From positions 1 through 64,000 of the forward strand of contig JYFJ02001773.1 of the NCBI GenBank assembly GCA_000934665.2: a stretch of 64,000 nt of DNA, read 5' to 3'. Positions 39,512 through 52,178 of the stretch are shown in pieces; the stretch's first letter is position 1; each line of letters opens with the position of its first letter. A program made the translations under genes and the position numbers. The stretch comes from Catajapyx aquilonaris (Eukaryota). Below the pieces are notes generated by a model. The model was given only the letters and a program-made list of their open reading frames with translations. It was not told where the DNA came from and did not search any database.

Positions 39512-41620
39512 TTAAAAGAATATAAATCGCCTGCAGACTCGCCGTATAATTTTCGGAACCTCATTACGCACTGCAGATAGTTGCCGATTTTTTTTTAAAA
39601 GCCTAAGAAGCCTAGTTACTTTTCCAAGCCTGTCACAGACCTATTCTGGCACAGTGAGAAACGGCACCCTCCTCGAGTTTCCACCTTTTCGCAGAGAAAG
39701 ACTCCGCCATTACGTCTCGGACTTCCGTCTCATAATTCTGAGAAATGGAAATGTAATTACCAATCTCGTCCGCCAGGAGAACTTAACCAGCCAATCTTGT
39801 AGGCCACGTAAGAGCAACTCTAATAATTAGCATGTCGCCTACAAGGAAATTCCACCTTTATTTTTTTTTTTACCCCTTCCCAAATCCCCATGTTGGACCC
39901 TCTAGGCGATTTATAGTCCTCGATCCCCCCCGATTTGCATTTGGGGGGAAGAAACAAGCTCGTCCCAAGACACGCATCTTATTCGGAATTTACACGTCCC
40001 AAACAGTCGTAGCTTTGGACCCCCCCTCATCTATAAAGAAAAATAGATACGGTGTGTGTAGTAGGGGGGTATTCACGCCCGGTGGCTCTTCATTTATTGG
40101 ACCTCAGGGAAAATGTGACGCATGGCTTTCATTCTGGACGTTTCGCTTGCTCGAATTATGGCTTCGGAACCTGGATCGTAAATTCTTTTTTTTTTAGCGA
40201 TCCCAGCAGTCAAAAAGCTTTGGGCAGTGATCTATGTGGCGCTGCGTTAGTCTGTGTCAACAATATATATTACTGAGCGGTGCAACTATGCATAAAATGA
40301 TGCCGTCGGAGTGGTTCAGTGACGGCATTAACTGAATGTCAACCTGGATCGGTTGGGGAGGTTGTCATTTTTTTGGGATGTTCCAGATGGTTTTAATTTG
40401 CAATTTTGGAGCGTGTCGGTATTGCTGGAAGTCATTTTGAGCCCATCGATCAAGAGACAATCTATGAGTACAATGTGATGCAAGTTCATATTTGCTGTGA
40501 TGCAATTTTGTAATTACATATTTCAAATCCCAATTGGAGCGTTCAATAAGCAAAAAAAAATAATTGGCCTAATTTCATCCAGGTGCACTGTATGGTACAC
40601 AGCAAGGTACACCGTTAAGCCATGTTTATACTGTATAAATATGTATTGTATCCGAAAGTCAAATTTTCCTCAATCGATTATATTGCCGCAATGGTATTTT
40701 CAAATCGCATGACAAAATGTGAGGGATGAGTTAACCCTCTCAAAACTCCTACCGGTACTCTTCAGTTATTAGCCTAATTGATACAGTATAAGGCTCCCAC
40801 TTCTAATTAGGGCGCATCCCCATGAGTGCCTGTAATCTATAAATGAATAGCTCGTGATTGGTATCAGCAACATAAAAAGTCCATCTGAGGGATTGAAGCA
40901 TCCGGCAAACACTGTACATGTAATGCAACCAGTTTAAAACGCACACAAAAAGTGTCCCAGTACACATTCCTACATCTCCTAAACATTTTCCCAGAACATC
41001 CCAAAAATCCCACCACGTCCCGTCTGCTCCCAACAAAAAGACCCGTTCCCACGGGCTTAACCCCGACTTCCAATGTCACGTACCATCACAAAGTCCCTCT
41101 TCTTAATCCCCTCAATGACCCACGCCTTAATTTTTACCCCCTCAGAATTGCCTGTGCCTACGGGCGGAAAGGATGGCAAAATCCGTCCCAAATCCCTGTC
41201 CCATCCGTATTCTAGGACACGACATCAAGTGTCGCACCCCCCCCCCCTCCCCTAAAAAAAATCGGACCCAAAAAAATGAGAGAAGTCATCATCTTAGTCA
41301 TTGGGGAGCTCAAGCTGCATTAAGACGGGACGGACAATCCTCGCAATTTGGAACGGATTTTAGGACCTACCCTTTCCAACATCCAGGACACGGAGGGTCC
41401 CCGCCTAACTATACAGTAACTAGGATTAATGAGTGAGCTCCCTGCTCGCACGCTAAACACTCCCATGTTAATCCCCCATCTCATTAGTTAGTTAGTCCGA
41501 GAGAAAAGGTAGGGGGGGTAGCCGGGTGGTAGAAATTATCACAAACGGTGCCTGTTCAACTCACGTCTCACTTACACGTGCATCGAAACTAAGCGGTTTG
41601 CATGGGACCGAAGTGGGTAG

Positions 41621-41754
41621 TTCATCCTGGCCAGGCGCTAACCTATATGCCTCTCTTGTTCGCCACCATGTCTAATCGGTAGGGGCTAACGCCTGCCGAT
41701 TAGTCCACCCGGTGGACAAGAGAGATGCATGGGTTAGCGCCTCGCCAGGATGAA
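41621..41754. repeat. 134-bp imperfect hairpin
   Basis: TTCATCCTGGCCAGGCGCTAACC...GGTTAGCGCCTCGCCAGGATGAA, with inner stem CTAATCGGTAGG/CCTGCCGATTAG. Confidence 0.7.
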
Positions 41755-42548
41755 AAGCATAAGTTTGCGCCTAGGACCCTAGGTGCCGCCCAGTTCGACA
41801 TATCGCCGATATCAGCGATATGGTGAAAAAAAATCGCAAATATCAATTTGCCATTGCTTTGGTACCCCCCAAATCGGCTTTCGATATCAAATTCTGCACC
41901 ATTCTCTACCTTTTCTCGCCCAGCAATAATGCGCTAGCACAGATTAAATACCCGTAAAATCTCAATTAAAACTACAAACAAAAGTTAATCAGTTCTCCCT
42001 CCTTTAGAAGCCCGGCAGCCTTTCCTTCCGGCCTTTTGTCCACGCCTTTTCCTAACCCTTCGACCTCCACCTTTTATCTCCTCCAAAGGCTCCCACCCCA
42101 CCTTCCCCACAGCCCATCCCTTCTTTCATTTCGGCACGAAATTCCTCACAAGGATGTGAAGGTGGTCTTGCTTTCTTCCTCCTAGAAGAAAAGCACCGGA
42201 CTTACTTCCTTTTTCTTCGTCCCCCCCCCCCCTCCCACCACCTCCTTCCCGCCGTATGGTGCTAATTAACACCAATTGGACCCTTGTGGCCTGCCTTGCC
42301 CAACAAAAAAGTACATCGATTAGTTTGAGATCCTCAGGGCTTCTTTGGTCAGGCCTCCTTCTCACACCTCATAGCTAATGGAATTAGCTAGGTCGACTCC
42401 TTGTGTGGTCATGTTCCCATTGTTTCCGGCTTGTCAACTGGAACAATGGCTATCCACAAGACGAATCTTCAGGAGTAACCTAGGAGCTGCACTGCGTAAC
42501 TTGTTCACACCTGATGATTACACAGCAAAACGATGTAGATAGTCACCG

Positions 42549-43288
42549 CAAAAATAACTGCAACTTTCGACGTTATTTTCAATCGTTTGCACAAAATCAC
42601 CACGACTTTTGATCGTTTGCGTGAAATCACTGCGATTTTCGGAGTTATTTTAAATAGTTTGCACAAAAAAGCAGCGACTTTAGATTGTTTGTGTGAGATA
42701 ACTGCGACTTTCGACGTTATTTTCAATCGTCTGAACAAAACCGCGACGTTTGATCGTTTGCACAACATAGCTGCGACATTTGATCGTTTGCGTGAATTCA
42801 CTGCGCTTTTCGGCGCTATTTTTGATCGTTTGTCCAAAACAACAGCGACTTTTGGTCGTTTGACTAGAATAACTGCGATTTTCGGCGTTATTTTAAATCG
42901 TTTGCACAAAATAACTGCGACTTTTGATCGTTTGCGTGAAATCACTGCTATTTTCGGCGTTATTTTCAATCGTTTGCACAAAATAACTGACTTTTGATCG
43001 TTTGCGTAAAATCACTGCGATTATAGGCGTTATTTGCAATAGTTTGCACAAAATAACTGCAACTTTTGATCGTTTGGGTGAAATCACTGCGATTTTAAGC
43101 GTTATTTTTGATCGTTTGCACAATATCACTGTGACTTTTGATCGTTTGTGTGAAATCACTGCGACTTTTGATCGTTTGCATAAAATAACCGTTATTTTCG
43201 ATCGTTTGCACAAAATAACTTCATATTTTTCATAACTTGTCAAAATTAACCAAATGTTATCACATTCATAAAATAACTGCGATTTTTT
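42549..43288. repeat. Minisatellite of 30-bp and 42-bp units
   Basis: The unit AAAATAACTGCGACTTTTGATCGTTTGCAC is interspersed with a 42-bp variant containing CGGCGTTATTTT. About 20 units in total. Confidence 0.92.
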
Positions 43289-44464
43289 AAAATTCTTTTC
43301 CATATGTAAGTCTGAAGCGTGAGAAAGTTGCTTGTGCAGTGTTTGAGACTCCGGACTTTCTGCTTAGGTTGGTTTGGTCTGCAGCAGTCAGCACAGGGAA
43401 AGATATAGGTGGTACTTGGAACGCAAAAGGAAGTAAGAAGCCGGAGAAGATGGATGGAGGACATGGGCCCACGCTTGGTGGAAGTGAGACTTGAACACCA
43501 GTGGCCAAGTGTTCCGTGAGGAGGACTTCACTCATGAAGAATGATACGGGGGAGCCAGGAAGGAAGAGCCCGAGACACCTATCGATTCACACAAAATGAC
43601 AGACACTGAGAAAATACTAGAGCGGTGCAGCATAGGACACGGAGCCATCTACCGGCCACGTATACTATTTGTTTCGTATATGAACACCCTGAAGGTACCG
43701 AGAGAAACCTAATATCCTGAGGGTGATAGTAGCTCACCTGGAACAGAGAGCTAGTCGGTTAGCCGCCTATCTGCCCCTGCTAATGACTCTTCTCCACCCT
43801 CCTGCCGCCTATTGGCTTCTTCCCAGATCCTTCTTCATTCGCACCGATTCACACTTTCATTTCCCCCCCTCTAACTCCTACCTATCTCAGCTCATGTTCG
43901 CAACTTTCCTCTTTTTCTTCCGACATCTTGAGACTATAACCGGTTTCCATCAAACAGCCTGATTTTATTTCACAGGCTGTGGAGAGGACACCTTGTACAA
44001 TACAAGAATATGGGATTGAGATTGAAGATGCGAAGGGGGAAAGTGCGAATTTGTATGCATGTCGTTGACTGGTGGGTAGGGGATGGCGCTGAAATATTTC
44101 AGCGAGGATCGACTAATGCTATGGCTAATGCGGCTATTGAGAGCATATACGATGCGAGATATTCCGGCTGCTGGGAACACTACAATGAGTGCCAGCACCC
44201 ATTATCATGGTATAGGGGCGAAGCCCCACCGCCGAGCGCAGCGAGTCGTGGTATACCCCCTTCTCAGCCGCTAGAGGGTACACTGCTGTCGAGGCTAGCC
44301 CGAATTTTCTGTGACCAATAACCCTCGTGAGGTCTTCAATGTCACGCACAGGTCACCCGTCGGGGGCGAAAAGTCCGGACCCCATGTCCACCCTGTCACG
44401 GCCACACTTTCAACAGTGGTAAGTAGGGCTCTCCACACCTCGTCACAATTCGCCCACAGCACCC

Positions 44465-44787
44465 TGTAACCTGATGTGTGGGTTGCAAAACGTGCGATGC
44501 GATGAGTGGCGAAGTGCACCGATGTGACAGCATGAAGATAGGTCACATGACATGACGGACAGGTGCAGCTGAAAGTTGAGTGAGTGGCGTGCCTTGCAGC
44601 GCGATGGAGCCCAATCCGCCAACCCAACTTTGCACTTTTGTATCGGCCTTTTTGCCATATACTCTCTATATAACTCCTCTCACCCCCCCTACCCGATATC
44701 CTATACCTCTTCTATAAAAGCCTTAGCTCTCAACTCTCCCATTCTGCTCACTTTGCCATAGACTATAGTACATTTGGCTCGCCCGAA
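44465..44787 (+). mobile_element. Possible degenerate LTR with PBS-like end
   Basis: TGTAAC...GTACA with an internal TATAAAAG, then TT and TGGCTCGCCCGAA. The latter resembles the tRNA-Lys PBS TGGCGCCCGAA with a 2-nt insertion. Confidence 0.3.
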
Positions 44788-44909
44788 ACTTGACCACCAA
44801 TGTATGTACGCTTCAAAGCCTTTACCCCTACTCTGCAGTCACTAGAACAGTCTATGGACCTAAAACTTGCTATAAGCTATATTATAGCAATTGGCAGTTT
44901 TTGCGTAGA

Positions 44910-45184
44910 GAGGGTGTTAATCCTAAGCGTGTCACCAGAAAAGGTGGTGGTAGAGGGCGCAGATGTGAGCATTTTTGCATAAGAAACTATGGGTCGGAAA
45001 CGCACCCTCACCGAGTCACTCCACCGCGTGCCGCACGCCTCTTGCACACTGCCTGCCGCAAACTTGAAAGGGGCGTAACTCGGTGATGGTGCGTTTCCGA
45101 CCCCTAGTTCCTTATGCAAAAATGCTCACACCTGCGCCCTCTACCACCACCTTTTCTGGTGACACGCTTAGGATTAACACCCTG
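44910..45184. mobile_element. Mariner-type palindromic MITE
   Basis: Inverted arms of about 110 bp, AGGGTGTTAATCCTAAGCG...CGCTTAGGATTAACACCCTG|TA. The right end has the TA-CAGGGTG mariner-type terminus; the left end is mutated. Confidence 0.85.
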
Positions 45185-45271
45185 TATAATTTGAGCCAAT
45201 AATATTATTTAGTCTTCACTTGTCCCGTTGTCCGTCACTAGATGGAAGTGGGTGGACTGGACCTACGGGAC

Positions 45272-45446
45272 GCATAGGCAAAACCCAAGTGTACCGGCCC
45301 ACCTACTCTCATAAGTTTTTGTATCCGCTGAAGATACGGGTGTATCCGCTGAAGATACGGCTGTATCCGCTGAAGATACGGCTGTATCCGCAAGGAAGGT
45401 TAGGTTAGGGCCGGTTGCGGGGACCACTTGGGGTTTGCCAATATGC
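45272..45446. mobile_element. Palindromic TTAGG-type element (copy 3)
   Basis: TIRs GCATAGGCAAAACCCAAGTG / CACTTGGGGTTTGCCAATATGC. It has 3.5 copies of a 21-mer GTATCCGCTGAAGATACGG(C/G)T, then GGTTAGGTTAGGGCCGGTTGCGGGGACCAC. Flanks CTACGGGAC and CTACAGGAT match 7/9. Confidence 0.75.
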
Positions 45447-46679
45447 CTACAGGATGGCTCGTTTGTAGTGTGTCGTGAAACGGCCTGGATTCATTTTCCT
45501 TCAACTTTCTGAGCAAACTGGCAACATCCTGCCTCTTGATTACCCCTGCCTTATTATGTTAATAGAGGCCGCATACGAAGTGGATCCGCAACGCAATGCA
45601 TTTCAGACGACAACCGAGCCCCGCGTATTCCCGACTACAATCTAAGTTTTTGGGTAGGGACCTCGCCTTGGAATGCACTCAAGAATGCACGGCATAGTTG
45701 TAGAGAACCCCACCCTCTCTAGCACACGCAATTAGTCTTAATGGAGTAAGAGTACAGACCGATTCTTGGCAGCCGAAGCAGAACTAAGCCACGGTACCCT
45801 GTAGATGCTAATTTTCCGCTTCAAAATTATCACTTTGCCTCATTTTACCCTTGTCAAATCGGAATACTGCAAATTTTCGAAAAAAAAATTTAGCAACAAA
45901 ATTTTTGTGTCGGATATTTAAAAAATTGAAAAACAGGCACGAACTTCATGGGGTGATGGTACAGTACGTTTGCAATCAAATTTCATTCCGCTCAACACTC
46001 AACGGCCTGGCAAAAGTGGGTGTGTGTTGGAAGCGGGCTAAATGCGATTAGAGTTTTATTATAGCCAGCGAGTATATTTTCGCATCGATGTGTCATTAGC
46101 ACTTGGGCGCGCGGATGTGATTACGGGGCTAACTGTTACGGGAATTTCAAGTAGCCGATTTTTTTTTTTTTGAGGGGGGGGGGGGNGGTTCACAAGTATT
46201 TTGGGAGTTGGGTTACCACAATTTGTGGCAAATTACCAGTCCTTTGGTTTAGATGTTTCATTTATTGTCAAACAAAATATTTGGAATATGCTGTTATTAA
46301 AATTAAACCCATCACGTTAAGCACTTTGTGGCACTGCATGTTGATGTCGGGGAACAAGGAGGTACAGTGTTGTCACTAGCATGCAATAATGAAATATGCC
46401 CAAGGTGTGATCGGTTTAACTTTCCTTAGGTCAGATCCTTAGTAGGATCTGTGCAACACAACAATGACAACAACAATCATGCAAAAAAAAAGCATGACAG
46501 TACGAAAATAAAAATGGTGCAAAAGAAACAAAAAGAGTGCAACAAAAACTATAATCATACATTTCCATAAGTATAACAAGTACAAGGCACAAGAACATAT
46601 TTCAATAATAATTCATACATGTATCAAACACATTAACAAGCAGACTTAGTACCAAGTCACATTCATATGTGATACACTA

Positions 46680-46866
46680 CTGGGTGACTCTAAAGTCAGG
46701 ATACATACTATAGGTAATTAGATTGTACTGTTGGTTTCCAGTGGCAGATTGTTGACAGTCAGTAAAGGATGAGTTGGCACTTGGCACTTGGAGTTGGCAC
46801 AATGAAAACTAACAATACAAAATTCAATTACACCTAGGTATGTATCCTGCCTTTAGTGTCATCCTG
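46680..46866. mobile_element. Old mariner-type MITE
   Basis: TA-CTGGGTGACTCTAAAGTCAGGATACATAC...GTATGTATCCTGCCTTTAGTGTCATCCTG-TA, with diverged inverted arms. Confidence 0.65.
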
Positions 46867-47715
46867 TACAGTACACTAGGTAGGGTATACCAACAGAATC
46901 AATCATACCAAAAATACCATGCATGCAAGTCCATCTGAGAATATGCACATAACAGCCTGGGGTAATCAGTGCTGAAACTGATGAAATTCCACAAATGACA
47001 AATAGGCCCTACAACAAAATCATACAAGGCTAAAACAAGTTGGAAAATACATAAATAATTGGGACACTACGTTCTTCCACACATGTAAACAAACACACGA
47101 CGTAAGCGGCTTTGGAGCAGAATCTTTATGCAGTATACATGCGCTGTTCCTAAGGGATCCGCGTTACCAGCTCTTGGCGTTACTGTATGTACAAATCCAG
47201 GTTATGGACATTTTCAGGAACGTAACCCCATTCGTAGACCGGGGACTTCCTGTACACGCATCTCTGGTACACATTACAGTCATAGTGTATGTCATACAAT
47301 AATAGCCTTTTGGTTGAACCTCATTGGGTACGATATCGCCAATTCGCCATTGCGCAAAACTAGTGTATGCAATACAGTGCAACTCTCATGCACTTGACTT
47401 GGACAATACTCGACATAAAACTCATAATAATATCCTTCAATGACTCTCTGGCAGCATCTTCATCAGGGGTTAAGAATTTTGAAAGATAACGAAGAAGGAT
47501 AAAATAGGTGAAGGAATGTGAAAAATTTACACAAAATGAGTAATAAAATGCACGTATGCAATTTTTAAAAAGTAAAACCAATATACTATCAACATGCAAA
47601 TGTGACAGGTTTTCTGGAGTAAAAAATCAAGGTCCAGTAATAAACTGTAACTGGCCATTTAAAGAACCTCCAGCCAACAGCAAAGCAATAAGCAACATCC
47701 TACTTGCAGTATCTG

Positions 47716-47927
47716 AAGAAGTGGGAGGGATCATGGGTGCAAGGTGCAATGTCGTAGCTACGGGTCATGTGCTGTTCCCCAGGAGGTTAGGTTGCCAGAC
47801 ACCTCCTTGGTGCAGGTCAGAGACCCTCCTGACGCAGGTGAAAGGAAGGTTCCCCAGGCGGAGATCGAACCTGAGGCCTTTCACTCAGCAAGCCGAGACG
47901 TTACCATCTCGGCCACCACACCTCCCC
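47716..47927 (-). mobile_element. tRNA-derived SINE-like element
   Basis: The minus strand has a Pol III A box TGGCCGAGATGG (47915-47904) and B box GGTTCGATCT (47871-47862). It does not fold into a proper cloverleaf. About 140 nt of body follows, ending in CTTCTTC. Confidence 0.6.
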
Positions 47928-49939
47928 TGCATTTATTGAATTTAATTTGTTGCCTGATGTTATGCAGGTCAACTGTCACACATGAACTTGACAGGTAGAG
48001 GTCACCGGCAAGCGGAAAAAAATCCAACACTTGACATTCACACAACAACAATACTGAACAATGCACACACAGGATACTGACTGGATATTCGTTCATGTTC
48101 AAGGATATTTTTTTACCTCCCAGTCATGTTATTACATCAAGTATGACAGCAGTGCACATCGAATGATATGTACAGAATGTGGAACCAGTTTTAAACAAAT
48201 CTGAGCATAACTTGTCTCTCCATTGCAAGACAGTTGCACCCATTCGTAGCTCTCATTTACGCCTCACCAACTTGACAACCCTCCCTCCCTGCCCCCAAAT
48301 TTAGGTCCAAACCAACGTCTCCCGAGTGCATCTAGCAACCAGGAGGATGCAGCAAGAGTGTACCTTCGGCCCTGGACGCAGGCAGTCCCCATGTCACACC
48401 CAAGCCGTGGAGAGACCCCGCCAAACAAACCGCCTCCCTCACATTTTCACAATCCAACGCCGGCCATCTTAAAAACAAACGACTGCGCCTCAAGCAAGGT
48501 AGCCAACACATTTAGCATGAATTTACCCCATGATTTACCAATAAAAATTGTAAGCCACAGTAAAATTAGTAAAGTAAGCAATTTAATGCAGTTAAGATGC
48601 TAAACCGCCCACTTGGACCCTGCTTCGTTGCCAGACGAAGCGGAAAGCAGGCCATAGAATCGCTCGGTGTTTCAGCAGCAGCAGTATAGGCGCAATATTT
48701 TTTTTGTGATCCAAATTCCTAAAAAAGCACACACACGCACACGCCCCCGGTATGTCCATTTGAGTTGGGGAAAGGATCCACCCCACCGGGTGTGCCAGTC
48801 AACCGGGGGCATTTGGAAGGGGAGGGAGGGTGTATCACCATATCACACGACTTGTCATTATCATTTTTGTTGTCACTTTTGTGCAAGCTATACTCTTTTT
48901 TATCATTATTTGGCCTCAGCCCCTCCTAGTCAGGGAAGGTGTCGCAGCAGACCACACCCAACATTTTGTCGTTTCATTTTAGTTCAGCTTCGTTATGGGC
49001 CGCATGAGCTAACCTGGACGGGAGGTTGCCTACGTCGCTTTTGCTTTTTCTGGACACCATGTAAGTCCGCCAGATGGTTTTGCTCTGGGGGCAAGTTGGG
49101 TGCATCTGCTCATTCACAGATATTGTGCAGGTGCACCAGACTTGCCCGTCGCAAGGACGAGTAGCCTTTACATTTTGAGTTGCAGTACCTCCTTTCTGGC
49201 ATGATTTCGCACTCTGTTGTTACGTACGACTCACCTGTACCGGCTCAGAGTGGTGGATGAAGTTGTGTAATCCACATGCTGACCTACATATGGTTCTTTG
49301 CAGTAACCTCCATATCGCTTGATAATGCATGTCAAATCTTAATGAATATAAATCGCATAAGACCTCCTTACATGTTGGCATGACATACCAAGCACAAAGA
49401 ATTGTTCTCATTCACATTTTGCTATGTTATGCTAATATGGCACTTGCTATTATGCTTGAAGCTCATCATTATTAAATAAAATTACATGGCTCAAATGCCA
49501 TTAACGTCTTAAAATAAGTTGTTACATACAGCATGTGTCATGTAAAATCAGAGGAGATGCATTTGGCAACACCAGACCTGATCTCATCTATATAAAAAGT
49601 GTTTGATAAGGCAAGTGTGAAGGTCATATTACTGCAGTACAAGGTGGAACAATGAAAAGTCCATTAGGCACATCTTGTATATGTGGAAACCACAGAGTAA
49701 AACAAATATCAAGTGAACTGTATGACTTTACCTGTGTTACACCCTGCACTGTCATGCTTTCACCCACCTCAACTTTCTGCCAAAGCATCTCATGATCATG
49801 AACATATGTTGCTCCCATGCATTAATCGCCTCTTCTGCTGCACCTTAACCTTTCCGTACAACAGGTAGGACCTTAGACGTCGGTAGTAGAGCGTAGCTCC
49901 TGTAGCCTGAGGCAAACCCACGGACAGACGCAGTGGCAC

Positions 49940-51638
49940 ATGAGCTGTGTGAGTCCGAACCTACTTGTGCTCTTCAAGAAGCTCTTTGGCTCCCTGAATG
50001 AGACCAAGATGGAGGGGCTGATGGCCAGAAACCTGGCTGAGATCAGTCAGCTAGCCCTCAGGACCAAGCGGTCCACCTCTAGGGATGATCCACCACTGGA
50101 CAAACCTCGCTGCGAGAGGGTCACCATACAGGGAGACGTGCTGAGGTAAGGACATGAAATAACCCGTTTGAAATGGCAAGTAATTCTATGGCACATGTTT
50201 CGTCCTCAGTTATGCACCGGGTGAGGAAGAGCTTGTTGGAATGTACATCGGCCCGCAGCCTCTGAGCCCTGAGAATGATTACTTTGAGGTGGAAATTCTT
50301 GAAGGCAGTGGACTGCGCACAGGAGGACACATCACAGTGGGCCTCTGCTCTCGCCGCCATCCCCTCGACCTTCCTCCTGGCTGGACTTCAGATTCAGTTG
50401 GATACTATGCATATGATGGGCGTCTGTACAAAGGGAGATCTAGTGGTGTACCTTTTGGTCCCACTTGCGAATGCGGGGACAGAATGGGCTGTGGAATCAA
50501 GTTTTCCAGAATGCAAGAAGGGCAGGATCCTTATTATATGTGTGTGCCTGTCTTCTTCACCAAGAATGGCAAAGAGGTGCATTACAGTTATTTAGAATGG
50601 ATCCTCTTAGTAAGAAAGAAACTGATTTATGTCTGTGTCTTTCTCCAGGTGGGCACAAGTGTAGTCCCCCTCCCCCCAGGTGGATTCTACCCGTCAGTAA
50701 CCCTCCAGACCAGCGGTGAGGAAGTACGGCTGCGTCAGGAGCTCCGATGGGCATGGCAGGAGGATGTGCGCATGTCAGTCGATGGGTGTGAGGAAGACTG
50801 GCTCCGCTTGCACGACGTCCGCCTGAACGGAGCAGTGCTGGAATACACCGGACGAGGAAAGTCGATAGTGGATGTGGGATTGGCTCAGGCCAGACAAGCC
50901 CTCAACACCACCTCTCACTACTTTGAAATTGAGATAGTGGACCCAGGAGAGAGCTGCTACATTGCCATAGGACTAGCCAGGAGAGACTATCCGAGGCGCA
51001 GGCATCCGGGTTGGAACAAGGGGTCAGTCGCTTACCATGCAGACGACGGGAAGATCTTCATGGGAAGTGGAGTTGGGGATCCATTTGGGCCCAGGTGCCA
51101 TAAGGGTGATCTCATGGGTTGCGGAATACTCTTCCCTGCTGATTACCCTGACAAGTATGACAGGTAAGCATAAGGCTACTAGCATCATGCCAGATCCATC
51201 ACTTTGACCTTATATTGGACAGTGATGGTGGCTCCTATGACGATGCAAGCCCTGAGTCACCAGTTTACATGGATGGCTCTGAAATGGCAATGAATGGACA
51301 GGACAGTGGGAGTGACAGCGGAGATGAAGAGTGGTGGGCCAATCATGATCCGCCAAATGGAAGGAAAGTGCAGGTGAGGAATCAGCATGTTCACAAGCTT
51401 GTGAGAATCGGTCACAGCGAGAAGACAATTCGGCTGACTTCTTGCTCGTACTAAAATGTCTCAGGGTTCTTGCACCTGGAGTGATTTTAATTTCATATTG
51501 CAGATCTTCTTCACCCGGAACGGGACGACGATTGGCAAGAAAGAAGTTACAATACCCAAAGGTGGTTTCTACCCCACAATTGGCATGTTAAGTGTCGATG
51601 AGAAAGTAAGAGTAGATTTGCACCCACTCACTGGCTAA
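49940..51638 (+). CDS. SPRYD3: SPRY domain-containing protein 3 (457 aa, 5 coding exons)
   Basis: Exons 49940-50145, 50210-50576, 50649-51163, 51223-51373 and 51504-51638, all GT-AG and frame-consistent. Two SPRY repeats. The motifs LEYTGRGKSIVDVGLAQAR, HYFEIEIVDPGE and HPGWNKGSVAYHADDGKIF and the C-terminus VDLHPLTG match SPRYD3. Confidence 0.96.
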
Positions 51639-52178
51639 GAAAGAAAACTCTATTGTATGTATTGTTGTACATGTGTAAATAGGTGCATGTAAGTGATGCA
51701 CTCTGTTGTGTACATACAAGGAATACTACAATAATGGTCTGGTTGCTGCAGTGCAGTAGGTATGTTAATAATGTACATAAAACCCAATTAATAAGTTTAA
51801 ACTTGTTTTACCCCTGATGTTACCGTACATTTATGGTGAAGACTGTCTTTTTGTCATTTTCATTGGTGGGATGGGGCTGGGAAAATTGGAAGAAATTACA
51901 GTGACCTAGACCCTGACTTGTCCAGACTACTCATGTCTCGGTGTCTGTAACAATGTTCGCATTATTTGCTTACCGGCGCCTTGTAGTCAATAAAAAAAAG
52001 TGAGATTAGAACAGCATCCAGTCTCCTTATTTGGCACTCAGTTACATGAAAGGCACTCATGGGATGAAAATCTTTGTAACACATGATTTCTTTCTTTACA
52101 CTAAGCACAGGGTCACCCCAATGCAAGTTTAACTAAGGCAACCCTACCTTGTTGTCCTCTCCCCCTTTTTTTTCTTTT

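Noticed and set aside
42505..43303. Repetitive ORFs, or a CRISPR-like array
   Set aside because: The units are contiguous with no unique spacers, the context is eukaryotic, and a frameshift breaks the ORFs. It is a minisatellite.
45320..45390. CTGAAGA in the 21-mers as a hammerhead ribozyme core
   Set aside because: No GAAA follows the putative stem II.
47430..47470. Minus-strand CTGATGAAG as a Penelope-type hammerhead or a snoRNA box C
   Set aside because: It has GAAG instead of GAAA, a poor stem II and no box D at a suitable distance.
47850..47927. tRNA gene
   Set aside because: It has A and B boxes but no acceptor or anticodon stems, so I treated it as a SINE head.
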